This document shows positions 27,282 through 37,238 of a stretch of DNA of 64,000 bases, piece by piece. The DNA is taken from assembly GCA_052143575.1 (NCBI GenBank), contig JBKQSP010000033.1, forward strand, positions 10,161 to 74,160, read 5' to 3'. The notes beneath the pieces are model-generated. The model searched no databases. It saw only the letters and a program-made list of their open reading frames with translations, and had not been told where the DNA came from. The stretch comes from Acidimicrobiales bacterium. GTDB lineage: Bacteria > Actinomycetota > Acidimicrobiia > Acidimicrobiales > Bog-793. Both the position numbers and the translations under genes were made by a program. Every line of letters begins with the position of its first letter. Position 1 is the first letter of the stretch.

Positions 27282-27964
27282 GCTCGGCACTCGACGGGCT
27301 ACCGGCCGCCCGCCCGTTTCGTCGTGCCGTCAGCGATGCCGACAAGGCCTCCCGGCGCTCAGACATCCTCTCGGCGGCGAAGCAGGTCTTCGCCGAGCGC
27401 GGCTACCACGCCACCACGGTGGCAGACATCGCACGCCAGGCGGGTCTCTCGTACGGTTCCATCTACTGGTACTACGACTCGAAGGAGACCCTCTTCCACG
27501 AGCTCATGTCGGCGGAGGCGCAGGCGCTGCGGACCCACATCAACGCAGCCGTGCGGGCCACCTCCGCCGAGGAAGGGCCTTCGGCGCCCCTGCAGGCCGC
27601 CGTACGGGCGACGCTCGAGTTCTACGAAGCAGACAGCGCCCTCGTGAAGCTGTTGTTCCGGGACGCCTTCGCCCTCGGGTCGGCCTTCGAGGAGCATCTC
27701 TATGCCATTCACGCTTCCTTCGTCGAGGATGCCGAGCGGCTCGTGCTCCTCGCCCAACGCCAGGGCGCCCTCGTGGAGGGACCGCCGCGGATGATCGCCT
27801 TTGCCATCACGGCCCTCGTCGGCCAGCTCGCCCACCGCCGGCTCACGACCGAGGACGGGCTGAGCGCCGGCGTGGCCGCCGGCTTCGTCGTGCAGCTGTT
27901 GCTCGACGGCCTGCGCCCCCGCGAGCCCGCCGAAGGCGGCGCCCGGGTCGTGGAGCGGCCGTGA
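27257..27964 (+). CDS. TetR/AcrR family transcriptional regulator
   Basis: Its HTH reads ATTVADIARQAGLSYGSIYWYYDSKE. It is embedded in the acyl-CoA operon. Confidence 0.85.
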   Translation: MDGDASQLSSALDGLPAARPFRRAVSDADKASRRSDILSAAKQVFAERGYHATTVADIARQAGLSYGSIYWYYDSKETLFHELMSAEAQALRTHINAAVRATSAEEGPSAPLQAAVRATLEFYEADSALVKLLFRDAFALGSAFEEHLYAIHASFVEDAERLVLLAQRQGALVEGPPRMIAFAITALVGQLAHRRLTTEDGLSAGVAAGFVVQLLLDGLRPREPAEGGARVVERP

Positions 27965-29595
27965 GCCTCGACCCGGATCGGACACCGGTCGTCGTGGCCG
28001 TCGGGCAAGCCGAGAGCCGCGACCTCGCACTCGGCCCGCTCGAGCTGGCCGAAGCGGCCGCCCGGCAGGCACTCGATGCCTCGCCGAGGCTCGCAGGCGC
28101 CATCGAGCGGGTGACGCTCGTGAATGTCCTCTCGCGGCGGGCGGGCGTCGCCCCCGCCGGTGCGTTGTGCGAAGCGCTCGACCTCCGCGGCCGCCCCCGC
28201 GAGACGACGAGCATCGGGGGCAACACGCCGCAGGCCATGGTCGAGCGCGCGGCCGGTGACATCGCCGGCGGCCGCCTCGGGGCGACCCTCATCGTCGGTG
28301 CCGAAGCCGTCCGCTCCGGCCGTCTCCGCTCGGCAGCAGCCGTCGAGGAGAAGAAGGCGCCTCCCTCGGCCGGCGCAACGGCCTCCGCCGCCGGAGCCGA
28401 GCGAGCCCGAGAACCCGACGTCGTGGTCGGGACGGACCGTCAGGACCTCTCCGACGAGGAGCGCCTGGCGGGCCTCTACATCCCCTTGCACGTCTATCCC
28501 ATGTTCGAGAGCGTGCTTGCCGCCCGCGCCGGCCGCACGCCCGCTCAGCAGCGCGCGGTCATCGGGCGACTGCTGGCGCCGTTCACCGAAGTAGCTGCCG
28601 CCAACCCGCACGCTTGGTTCCGCCAGGTGCGCTCGGCCGCAGACCTGGCGACCGTTTCGCCTGACAACCGCCTTGTGGCCGAGCCCTACCTGAAGACGAT
28701 GGTTGCCTTCCTCGGTGGGGCACAGGCGGCAGCCGTCGTGGTGACGAGCCTTGCCGTCGCCAGGGCGCTGCGGCTCGACGACGGCTGCCTGTTCGTGTGG
28801 TCCGCCGCCTCCGCCAACGAGGTCTGGTTCCCGATGGCCCGTCCCGATCTCGGGGGCGCCCCAGCCCTGGAGGCCGCCGCCTCCGCCGCCCTGGGCGCTG
28901 CAGGGATCGGCGTGGACGACGTGTCGGCCTTCGACCTCTACTCGTGCTTTCCCTCCGCCGTGCAGATCGCCGCCGCCAGCCTCGGCCTCCGTCTCGACCT
29001 CGATCATCCGGAGGAGATGCGGCCCATCACCGTCACCGGTGGCCTTCCCTACTTCGGAGGACCTGGCAACAACTACAGCACGCACGCCGTGGCGGCGATG
29101 TTCGACCTCTTCCGGTCGAGCACGGGCTTGTCCGGCGCTGGCAACGGCCCTCGGCTCGGTCTCATCACCGGTGTCGGCTGGTACCTCACGAAACACTCGG
29201 TCGGTGTCTACGGCTCGGCACCCCCTCCGCAGGGCTACGCGCCGGTCGACACCTCGACCGCCCAGGCCCTGATCGACGCCTCGGCCTTGCCCTTCGTGGC
29301 GGCCGGCGAGGAAGTGGCGGCGGAGGGCACCGTCGACGCCTCCACCGTCATCTACGACCGGGACGGTCGTCCGACGGCGGCGCCCGTCGTCGCCACACTG
29401 CAGGACGGGCGCCGCGTCGTTGCAGCCGCCTCCCCGCGTGGAGCCGAGGATGCCGCCGGTACGTTCCTCGTCGGAGCGAGGATCCGGGTGGAGGGCGCCG
29501 CCGGCGCCGCCGTCGCTCCGGCGTACTCGGTCGTCGAGGCCCCTCTCTCCCCTTCTGTGCCGGCATCAGCGGCCACAGCCTCTCCCGCCACCTAA
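27961..29595 (+). CDS. Thiolase-like (SCP-x/lipid-transfer-type) protein with a C-terminal OB-fold-like extension
   Basis: The GTG at 27961 overlaps the TetR stop (GTGA). It has a thiolase-like N-terminus (VVVAVGQAESRD...) and the region YSCFPSAVQIAA...GGLPYFGGPGNNYSTHA. The tail reads GTVDASTVIYDRDGRPTAAPVVATLQDGRRVVA. Confidence 0.7.
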   Translation: MSLDPDRTPVVVAVGQAESRDLALGPLELAEAAARQALDASPRLAGAIERVTLVNVLSRRAGVAPAGALCEALDLRGRPRETTSIGGNTPQAMVERAAGDIAGGRLGATLIVGAEAVRSGRLRSAAAVEEKKAPPSAGATASAAGAERAREPDVVVGTDRQDLSDEERLAGLYIPLHVYPMFESVLAARAGRTPAQQRAVIGRLLAPFTEVAAANPHAWFRQVRSAADLATVSPDNRLVAEPYLKTMVAFLGGAQAAAVVVTSLAVARALRLDDGCLFVWSAASANEVWFPMARPDLGGAPALEAAASAALGAAGIGVDDVSAFDLYSCFPSAVQIAAASLGLRLDLDHPEEMRPITVTGGLPYFGGPGNNYSTHAVAAMFDLFRSSTGLSGAGNGPRLGLITGVGWYLTKHSVGVYGSAPPPQGYAPVDTSTAQALIDASALPFVAAGEEVAAEGTVDASTVIYDRDGRPTAAPVVATLQDGRRVVAAASPRGAEDAAGTFLVGARIRVEGAAGAAVAPAYSVVEAPLSPSVPASAATASPAT

Positions 29596-29612
29596 CCCGA
29601 AGGAGCAACGTC

Positions 29613-30413
29613 ATGTCGGACGCCACGACCGAAACCCCACCCGAAGAGCCACTCATCCGCCAACGCCACGGCAAGGTCGAGCTGCTGCGGATCAACCGGG
29701 AGCGGGCGCGCAACGCCATCGACGGTCCCACGAGCATCGCCCTCGGGCGCGCCCTCGAGGAGATCGCCGCTGACGACGACGTCTGGGTGGTCGTCCTCAC
29801 CGGGACGGGCGAGAAGGCCTTCAGCGCCGGCATGGACCTCAAGGCCTTCGCCGCCGGGCAGGCCGGGGACATCATGTCGGCGGAGCACGGCTTCGCCAAC
29901 ATCGCACGCCGCAACTTCCCGAAGCCGCTCATCGCCGCCGTCAACGGCGTCGCCCTCGCCGGCGGGTGCGAGATCGTGCTCTCCTGCGACCTCGTCGTCG
30001 CCGCCGAGCACGCCGCCTTCGGGATCCCCGAGGTCAAGCGCGGTCTCGTGGCGGCCGGGGGCGGGCTTCTGCGCCTCCACCAGCGCATCCCCTACTCCAT
30101 CGCTCTCGAGCTGGCCTTGACGGGCGAGACGATCTCGGCGCAACGTGCCGCCGAGCTCGGCTTCGTCAACCGTGTCGTGCCGGCCGAGCAGGTCGTGCCG
30201 GAGGCGCTCGCCCTGGCGGAGAAGATCTGCGAGAACGCCCCCCTTTCGGTGCGCGCCTCCAAGGAGATCATGCGGCGCTCGATCGGCCTCACCGAGGACG
30301 CCGCCTGGGACCTGAACACCCAGCTCATCGTGCCGATCTTCACGAGCCGCGACGCCATGGAGGGTGCCACCGCCTTTGCCGAGAAGCGGCCCCCCGTGTG
30401 GAGCGGCAGCTGA
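29613..30413 (+). CDS. Enoyl-CoA hydratase/isomerase (crotonase family)
   Basis: A GAAGGAG RBS lies 7 nt upstream of the ATG. It contains VVVLTGTGEKAFSAGMDLK, AAVNGVALAGGCEIVLSCDL and FGIPEVKRGL. Confidence 0.9.
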   Translation: MSDATTETPPEEPLIRQRHGKVELLRINRERARNAIDGPTSIALGRALEEIAADDDVWVVVLTGTGEKAFSAGMDLKAFAAGQAGDIMSAEHGFANIARRNFPKPLIAAVNGVALAGGCEIVLSCDLVVAAEHAAFGIPEVKRGLVAAGGGLLRLHQRIPYSIALELALTGETISAQRAAELGFVNRVVPAEQVVPEALALAEKICENAPLSVRASKEIMRRSIGLTEDAAWDLNTQLIVPIFTSRDAMEGATAFAEKRPPVWSGS

Positions 30414-30599
30414 GCTCACCGGTATGGAGGCGGGCTCATCCGCTCGATCGGGCGGGTACGTAGTGCACGAGGAGGGGGTTGCGTTCCCCTTCCGAGCGAC
30501 GCCAGCATGGAGAGGTGCGACGGTGGCTCGCGCTGGGCCGCGTTCGCCGCGCCAGGAAGTCTCGTCTAATCTGAAGTGGTCCTCATGAAAGGAGGGCAG

Positions 30600-30845
30600 G
30601 TGATCCTCGCTGAACTTTTCGGTGCCGACGGCATCATCGTCATCGTGTGTGTGGTGGTTGTCCTCCTCTTCGGCGGAGCCAAGCTGCCGAAGCTGGCGCG
30701 CGGGCTCGGAAGTGCCTCGCACGAGTTCAAGAAGGGCCTGGAGGAAGGCGACAAGGACGGGGCGCTGCCCGGCACGGGAACGTCCAACACGTCCATCACG
30801 CCGACGACTCCCGAGGCCCTGCCGAAGGACGCCAGCGCCAGCTGA
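30600..30845 (+). CDS. tatA: Twin-arginine translocase subunit TatA/E
   Basis: An AAAGGAGGG RBS precedes the GTG at 30600. It has a TM helix plus an amphipathic helix: IIVIVCVVVVLLFGGAKLPKLARGLGSASHEFKKG. Confidence 0.85.
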   Translation: MILAELFGADGIIVIVCVVVVLLFGGAKLPKLARGLGSASHEFKKGLEEGDKDGALPGTGTSNTSITPTTPEALPKDASAS

Positions 30846-30966
30846 GCGCCCGGCGGGACAAAGTGACCGCTGCGGAGACGGCCCCCTCGTCCGTCGCGAC
30901 CTGACGCTGCGGCGCCTCAGCATCTGACTCGCCCTCCCTGCAGGCGATGCCGGTACTGTCAGCCGC

Positions 30967-32244
30967 ATGGACGACGTCCTCGACTTGGCTGATCGCCTCT
31001 GGAGGGGTGAAGCCGACGTCAGCGACCATCACCCCCTCGGCTCGGACGGGGGCCTGAGCGAGGTCGCCGACGGTGTCGCCTACGTGGCGTCGTTCGCGAG
31101 GGTGTCGGCCTTCACGACGGCCGACGGGCTCGTCCTCGTGGACACCGGGCATACGTTCGCCGCCCAGCAGATCCACGAGCAGATTCGCCGCTGGGGTCCG
31201 GGCGGTGCCGCCGGGCGCCTGAACACGGCGATCTTCTCCCACGGCCACGTCGACCATGTCTTCGGCGTCGGCGTCTTCGAGGAGGAGGCGCGCTCGAAGG
31301 GCTGGCAGGAGCCCACGGTCGTGGCGCACGAGGCCATGCCGGCGCGCTTCGACCGCTACATCCTCACGGCCGGCTACAACGCCATCATCAACCAGCGTCA
31401 GTTCGGTCTCCCGCAGCTGACGTGGCCGACCGAGTACCGCTACCCCGACCGGACCTACCGCGATCACCTGCAGCTGGAGGTGGGCGGCACGGCCTTCGAG
31501 TTGCACCACGCCCGCGGCGAGACGGACGACCACACGTGGACCTGGGTGCCGGAGCGGGGGATCCTCTGCACGGGCGACCTGTTCATCTGGGCATCGCCCA
31601 ACGCCGGCAACCCCCAGAAGGTGCAGCGCTACCCGGTCGAATGGGCGGCGGCGCTTCGCACCATGAGCGATCTCGGCGCTGCCGTGATGCTGCCGGGTCA
31701 CGGTTTTCCCGTCGTCGGCCGCGAGCGTGTCCAGGAGGCCCTTACGGCGACGGCCGAGCTCCTCGAGTCCATCTCCTCCCAGACGATCGCCCTCATGAAC
31801 GCCGGCGCCCGTCTCAACGACGTCATCCACTCCGTCGTGATGCCGGCCGAATTACTCTCCCGCCCGTACTTGCGCCCCGTCTACGACGATCCCGAGTTCA
31901 TCGTCCGCAACATCTGGCGCCAGTACGGAGGATGGTACGACGGCGATCCCGCCAGCTTGAAACCGGCGCCGGCCCATGCGCTGGCAGCCGAGCTCGCCGA
32001 GCTGGCCGGTGGGGCGTCACGGCTGGCCGCCCGCGCCGAGGCTCTCCTCGCCTCCGGCTCGAGCACCGATTTGAGACTGGCCGGCCATCTCGCCGAGCTG
32101 GCTGCCCTGGCGGCGCCGGCTGACGCGGGTGTCCACCGCGCCCGCGCCGAGGTCTTCGCCGCCCGCGCCGCCGCCGAGACCTCCACGATGGCGAAGGGGA
32201 TCTTCGGCTCGGCGGCGAGCGAATCCCGCCACCACCTGGCCTGA
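30967..32244 (+). CDS. MBL-fold alkyl/aryl-sulfatase-like hydrolase with an alkyl-sulfatase dimerisation domain
   Basis: It has the metal motif FSHGHVDHVFG, the sequence GETDDHTWTWVPERGILCTGDLF, and the dimerisation-domain pattern YDDPEFIVRNIWRQYGGWYDG. Confidence 0.75.
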   Translation: MDDVLDLADRLWRGEADVSDHHPLGSDGGLSEVADGVAYVASFARVSAFTTADGLVLVDTGHTFAAQQIHEQIRRWGPGGAAGRLNTAIFSHGHVDHVFGVGVFEEEARSKGWQEPTVVAHEAMPARFDRYILTAGYNAIINQRQFGLPQLTWPTEYRYPDRTYRDHLQLEVGGTAFELHHARGETDDHTWTWVPERGILCTGDLFIWASPNAGNPQKVQRYPVEWAAALRTMSDLGAAVMLPGHGFPVVGRERVQEALTATAELLESISSQTIALMNAGARLNDVIHSVVMPAELLSRPYLRPVYDDPEFIVRNIWRQYGGWYDGDPASLKPAPAHALAAELAELAGGASRLAARAEALLASGSSTDLRLAGHLAELAALAAPADAGVHRARAEVFAARAAAETSTMAKGIFGSAASESRHHLA

Positions 32245-32337
32245 CCGCTCGCTCGCCTCGGACCGGGAGCCGCCCGCGGGCGGACCGCGAGCATGCGTTC
32301 TGGCCCGGCCGAGACAGCGGTGACTAATGTCGCAGCG

Positions 32338-33213
32338 ATGCCTCGCCGACCCCGCCGCCAGCCGGCCGCGCCCGAGCACCGCAGGAAGCGCTTCGCGCCG
32401 GCGGCCGTCGTGGCCGTCCTCGCTCTCGCCCTGAGCGGTTGCGACGTGCGTTTCGGCCAAGTCAGAGGTGCCACGAGCCAGTCGCACCTCGAATTCCGGC
32501 TCTGGTTCTGGATGATGGTCGCCGGTATCGCCGTGGCCGTGTTCGTGTGGGGGCTCATCTTTTGGTCCATCTTCCGCTACCGGAGGAAGGACGACCGCAT
32601 GCCCAAGCAGTTCTCCGAGCACATCGGGCTCGAGCTGACCTACACGATCATCCCGCTCATCATGGTCCTCGTCATCTTCGGCTTCACCTTCGTCGTCGAG
32701 AACAACATCGACGACGTCCTCACGCCGCCGCAGGTGACCGTGAACGCCACCGCCTACCAGTGGGGCTGGATCTTCCAGTATTCGCAGCCGGGCCCGGGCG
32801 CCAGCTGCACGACCTCACCAGCGGACTGCGTCACGGTGCAGACGCCGCTCGATGCCGCCCAGTCGGCGCTCGCCCAGCCCTACACGTCGTCGATCTACCC
32901 CCAGCTCGTGCTGCCCGCCGGCGAGACGGTGAGGATCTTCCTGCGCTCGAATGACGTCATCCACGGCTTCTACGTGCGATCGTTCAACTTCAGCCGCTAC
33001 GCCCAGCCCGGCGTCGTGAACTCCTTCGAGTTCCACCCGACGACAACCGGCATTTTCCCGGGACAGTGCACCCAGTACTGTGGCCTCTACCACTCCGAGA
33101 TGCTGTTCAGCGTAAAAGTCGACACGCCCAGTCAGTTCCAGACCTGGTTCTCCCAACAGGAGCAGAAGCTGAAGACTCCCTCAACCCTGCAGAGCCTTCT
33201 GAGGACGCCGTGA
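32338..33213 (+). CDS. ctaC: Cytochrome c oxidase subunit II (lipoprotein)
   Basis: It has the lipobox LALSGC and two TM helices. The CuA site is HGFYV...CTQYCGLYHSEM. Confidence 0.85.
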   Translation: MPRRPRRQPAAPEHRRKRFAPAAVVAVLALALSGCDVRFGQVRGATSQSHLEFRLWFWMMVAGIAVAVFVWGLIFWSIFRYRRKDDRMPKQFSEHIGLELTYTIIPLIMVLVIFGFTFVVENNIDDVLTPPQVTVNATAYQWGWIFQYSQPGPGASCTTSPADCVTVQTPLDAAQSALAQPYTSSIYPQLVLPAGETVRIFLRSNDVIHGFYVRSFNFSRYAQPGVVNSFEFHPTTTGIFPGQCTQYCGLYHSEMLFSVKVDTPSQFQTWFSQQEQKLKTPSTLQSLLRTP

Positions 33214-34982
33214 CGATCGCCGCCGATCCCACCGTCGTCCTCGCCCCGGTCCACGAGGAGGAGCACGGGCCCACCGGCATCCTCAAGTGGCTCACCTCGA
33301 CGGACCACAAGGTCATCGGCAAGAGCTACACGATCACGTCACTCGTGTTCTTCTGCATGGCCGGGATGATGGCCATGGTCATGCGCACGCAGCTCGCCTC
33401 GCCGGACAACACCCTTGTCAGTCAGCACCTCTACAACGAGCTGTTCACGATGCACGGCAGCTTGATGCTCTACCTCTTCGCCGGCCCCTTCGCCTTCGGT
33501 GGCCTTGCCAACTTCATCGTCCCGCTGCAGTGCGGCGCCCCGGACATGGCCTTTCCCCGCCTGAACGCCCTCAGCTACTGGCTCTACCTCGGGGGCGGCA
33601 CCATCATGGTGAGCGGGTTCCTCACCGTCGGCGGGGCGGCCGACTTCGGCTGGGTCTCCTACGCCCCCCTCTCCAACGCCACGAACACCCCGGGGGCGGG
33701 CCCCGACATGTGGATCGTGGCGATCCTGCTGACGGGCTTTTCGGCCATCTTCACCGGGGTGAACATCGCCGCCACCACGTTCTACCTGCGCGCCCCCGGC
33801 CTCACGATGTTCCGGTTGCCCATCTTCACCTGGAACATGCTCGTGACGGCGATCCTCATCCTCATCGCCTTCCCGGTGCTGGCTTCCGCCATGATCATGC
33901 TGTGGTGCGATCGACATCTCGGCACCCACATCTTCACGGTCGCCGGCGGCGGCGTTCCGGTGCTGTGGCAGAACCTCTTCTGGTTCTTCGGCCATCCGGA
34001 GGTGTACATCCTCGCCTTGCCCTACTTCGGGATCGTGACCGACGTCCTGGCGACTTTCTCCCGCAAGCCGGTGTTCGGCTATCGGGGCATGGTCTTTGCC
34101 ACCATCTCGATCGCGGCCCTCTCGACGAGCGTGTGGGCCCACCACATGTTCACGACCGGCACGGCCCTGCTCCCCTTCTTCAGCCTCATGACGTATTTGA
34201 TCGCCGTGCCGACCGGTGTGAAGTTCTTCAACTGGATCGGGACGATGTGGCGCGGATCCCTCGTCTTCGAGACGCCCATGCTCTACGCCGTGGGGTTCCT
34301 CGTCGTCTTCCTCTTCGGAGGTGTCACGGGCATCCTGCTTGCCTCGCCGCCGATCGATTTCGCCGTGCACGACACGTACTTCGTCGTCGCCCACTTCCAC
34401 GAGGTGCTCTTCGGGAGCGCCGTGTTCGGCGGCTTCGCCGGCCTGTATTTCTGGTACCCGAAGTTCACCGGCCGCATGACCCGGGAGGGACTCGGCAAGG
34501 CCAGTTTCTGGTTCATGTTCGTGGGCTTCTGGATCACCTTCGTACCTCAGTACATCCTCGGCCTGCACGGCATGCCGCGACGCGTCGCCGAGTACGGGCA
34601 GGGCACGGGCTGGCAGTTCTTGAACCGCATCTCGACCGGTGGCGCTTACCTGCTGTTCATCTCCGTCGCTCTCACGCTCGTGAACTTCTGGGTGTCCTGG
34701 CGACAGCCCGTCGCCGCCGGGGACAACCCCTGGGATGCCCACACGCTCGAGTGGGGAACGTCGTCGCCGCCACCGCACCACAACTTCTACTGGATCCCGC
34801 CGATCCGTTCCGAGCGGCCGGTCTGGGACTACAACCACCCTGACCACACGACCCTGGACGGCCACGGCGCCCCGGCGGCGACCCCGGCCAAGGAACCGCC
34901 CACCGTCGCATCGCCGACGGTGGGTGTCGCCCCCGCCTCACCCGACGACGGCGACGGCGCTGCCGGAGGGACGGCGGAATGA
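33210..34982 (+). CDS. ctaD: Cytochrome c oxidase subunit I
   Basis: The GTG at 33210 overlaps the ctaC stop. It contains WLTSTDHKVIG, WFFGHPEVYIL and VVAHFHEVLFG. Confidence 0.95.
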   Translation: MTIAADPTVVLAPVHEEEHGPTGILKWLTSTDHKVIGKSYTITSLVFFCMAGMMAMVMRTQLASPDNTLVSQHLYNELFTMHGSLMLYLFAGPFAFGGLANFIVPLQCGAPDMAFPRLNALSYWLYLGGGTIMVSGFLTVGGAADFGWVSYAPLSNATNTPGAGPDMWIVAILLTGFSAIFTGVNIAATTFYLRAPGLTMFRLPIFTWNMLVTAILILIAFPVLASAMIMLWCDRHLGTHIFTVAGGGVPVLWQNLFWFFGHPEVYILALPYFGIVTDVLATFSRKPVFGYRGMVFATISIAALSTSVWAHHMFTTGTALLPFFSLMTYLIAVPTGVKFFNWIGTMWRGSLVFETPMLYAVGFLVVFLFGGVTGILLASPPIDFAVHDTYFVVAHFHEVLFGSAVFGGFAGLYFWYPKFTGRMTREGLGKASFWFMFVGFWITFVPQYILGLHGMPRRVAEYGQGTGWQFLNRISTGGAYLLFISVALTLVNFWVSWRQPVAAGDNPWDAHTLEWGTSSPPPHHNFYWIPPIRSERPVWDYNHPDHTTLDGHGAPAATPAKEPPTVASPTVGVAPASPDDGDGAAGGTAE

Positions 34983-35371
34983 AGGTAGAGGCCTACGTCC
35001 TGCTCTTCATCGGGGCGTTCTTCGGGCTCGTCTGCGCCACCTACTGGTTCCTCAGCTACGAGACGAGCGGCACCTTGATGCTGCTGGGGGCGATGCTGCT
35101 GGGGTTCTTCCCGGGCGGTTACTACTTCTGGTGGTCGCGGCGCATGAAGCCGCGACCGGAAGACGATCCGGCAGCCACGCGAGCAGACGGTGCAGGTGTC
35201 GTGGCAGCGTTCCCCTCCACGAGCATCTGGCCGTTCGTGCTCGGGATGGGAGCCGCCAGCATCGGGTTGTCCCTCGTGTTCGGATTGTGGACGGCCACCA
35301 TCGGCTTCGTGCTCGGCGGTGGCGCCCTCCTCGGCGTCATTCGCGAGAGCCGCCGCGGCGGCACGATCTGA
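34979..35371 (+). CDS. ctaF: Cytochrome c oxidase subunit IV (actinobacterial CtaF)
   Basis: The 130-aa protein has 4 TM segments and overlaps the ctaD stop by 4 nt. This position and size are typical of ctaF. Confidence 0.8.
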   Translation: MKVEAYVLLFIGAFFGLVCATYWFLSYETSGTLMLLGAMLLGFFPGGYYFWWSRRMKPRPEDDPAATRADGAGVVAAFPSTSIWPFVLGMGAASIGLSLVFGLWTATIGFVLGGGALLGVIRESRRGGTI

Positions 35372-35378
35372 GCCCGGC

Positions 35379-35570
35379 TTAGGACTCGGTCCGGCGCCGC
35401 CGGCGGGATGCCCGCCGTGCGGCCGCCGCAGCGGCCCTCCGCTCCCGGTCCAGCTTGACGGCGAAGCGCACGACGAAGCCGATCAGGACGAGCGACAGCA
35501 GCACGAAGAGGGCGAACACCGCCACGAAGGCATCGTGGTGGCGCGCCGAGGCGAGAAGCAGGTCATGCAC
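35379..35570 (-). CDS. Small single-TM protein with an Arg-rich tail (hypothetical)
   Basis: The 63-aa ORF starts 3 nt after the tesB stop. It has strong GC3 codon bias and the TM helix AFVAVFALFVLLSLVLIGFVV. Confidence 0.4.
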   Translation of the reverse strand: MHDLLLASARHHDAFVAVFALFVLLSLVLIGFVVRFAVKLDRERRAAAAAARRASRRRRRTES

Positions 35571-35573
35571 CGT

Positions 35574-36431
35574 TCACGCCCGCGGCTTGCCGACCCTGAC
35601 GAGACCCTCCTGCACGACGCTGACGACGAGGTCTCCCGCCTGAGAGAAGAGCAGGCCGCGGGCGAGCCCGCGGGCGCCGGAGGCCGTCGGCGACTCCTGG
35701 TCGAAGAGCAGCCAGGCATCGGCCCGGAAGGGCCGGTGGAACCACATGCAGTGGTCCAGGCTGGCCCCCATGAAGTTGTCGTCTTCCCAGCGGATGCGGT
35801 GCCGGTGGAGGATCGAGTCGTACATCGTCATGTCGGAGGCGTACGCCACGACGGCGGCGTGCAGGAGCGGGTCGTCCGGCAGCGTCCCGTCGGCTCGGAA
35901 CCACAGCTGCTGGTGGGCGTCAGGGTCAGACTCCGTGCGCATCCACGGCAGGTCGCCGATGAACCGCTGGTCGATGGGGCGGGGACGCTCGAAGAAGCCG
36001 TCCCAGATCTTCGCCACGTCCTTCAACCGCTCCTGCACGGTGGGGAGCGTCTCGGGGTCGGGCGCCTCCGGCATCGGAACCTCGTGGTCGAGACTGCTCT
36101 CGTCGGTGTGAAACGAGCACTGCAGGTTGAAGATCGCCTAGCCGTGCTGGATGGCGACGACCCGGCGAGTCGTGAAGGAGCGCCCGTCGCGGATGCGGTC
36201 GACCTCGTAGAGGATCGGGATGTTGGGGTCGCCCGGGCGGAGGAAGTAGCTGTGGAGGGAGTGCACCCGCCCCTGCTGCACGGTGCGGCCGGCTGCCACG
36301 AGGGACTGCGCTGCCACCTGACCGCCGAAAACGCGCTGACGGGTCTCGTCGAGGTGGGATCCACGGAAGATGTTCTCCTCGATGACCTCGAGATCGAGCA
36401 AATTGACGAGGTCAATGAGGGGCTTGGTCAC
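35574..36431 (-). pseudogene. tesB: Acyl-CoA thioesterase II (TesB) interrupted by an in-frame TAG
   Basis: ORFs 36138..36431 and 35574..36074 are in the same frame. Read-through gives ...RRVVAIQHG-TAG-AIFNLQCSFHTDESSLDHEVPMPEAP..., which is continuous TesB sequence. As far as I recall, related TesB sequences carry Lys at this position. Confidence 0.7.
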
Positions 36432-36454
36432 GCCTCAGACGATAGACTTGCCGC

Positions 36455-37030
36455 ATGTCGTCCCTGACCGGCCGATACCGCGCGTTCCGTGCGAGTCCCC
36501 ACTTCACTCGGATCTGGAAGTTCGCGGCCGTCTCCCTCATCGCCACAGCCGTCTCCCAGACGATGCTGTTCATCTTCTACCCCCATGTCCTGGACACCGC
36601 CATGGGGGCGAACGTCGTCGCCACCTGCATCTCCACGGTGCCGGCCTACTACCTGAACCGCCGCTGGACCTGGGGCAAGCGTGGCAAGTCGCACCTCTGG
36701 AAAGAGGTCATGCCCTTCTGGATCATCGCTCTCGTGGGCCTCGTGCTCTCGACGGTGATCGTGGGGATCGCCGCCAAGAACGCCGATCGCATCTCCTCCT
36801 CGCACGAGGTGAAGATCATCGTCGTCCACCTCGCCAACCTCTTCTCCTACGCCCTCATCTGGGTCGCCCGCTACTCCATCCTCAACCGCTTCCTCTTCGG
36901 CCCCGCCACCCAGACCCCGAGCAGCGACGCCATCGTGGACACCGTCGCCGTCGAGCAGCCGGCTCCCCCAGCCTCCCTCCCGGTGGTTGTTGAGCCGGCT
37001 CTCGTCCCGCGCGACCCCTCCTCCCACTAA
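36455..37030 (+). CDS. GtrA-family membrane protein
   Basis: It has 4 TM segments and the sequence YYLNRRWTWGKRG typical of GtrA-like proteins. Confidence 0.75.
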   Translation: MSSLTGRYRAFRASPHFTRIWKFAAVSLIATAVSQTMLFIFYPHVLDTAMGANVVATCISTVPAYYLNRRWTWGKRGKSHLWKEVMPFWIIALVGLVLSTVIVGIAAKNADRISSSHEVKIIVVHLANLFSYALIWVARYSILNRFLFGPATQTPSSDAIVDTVAVEQPAPPASLPVVVEPALVPRDPSSH

Positions 37031-37238
37031 CGGCGCTCGCAGAGGCCCTTGGGGCGCCTCGTCCCCGCCGATGCCTCGGCGGCGATGGCGGCCCGTGAGC
37101 AGCAGGCGAGCCTGACGAAACCGGCCGGCGCGCTCGGTCGGCTCGAGTCCCTCGGTTTGCTCGACCTCGGTCTGCGCCTCGGGGAGGGGAGGGGAGCCTG
37201 CCTTGCGCTGCCCTGTGTGCGGACGGCCGCCGGCATCC

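Noticed and set aside
36138-36140. The in-frame TAG in tesB as a programmed recoding event (pyrrolysine or a reassigned stop).
   Set aside because: No pyl genes or suppressor tRNA are visible. TAG also works as a plain stop elsewhere in the window, for example the sulfatase-like gene ending at 32244 uses TGA and several genes end normally. A single-base nonsense change or a sequencing error is simpler.
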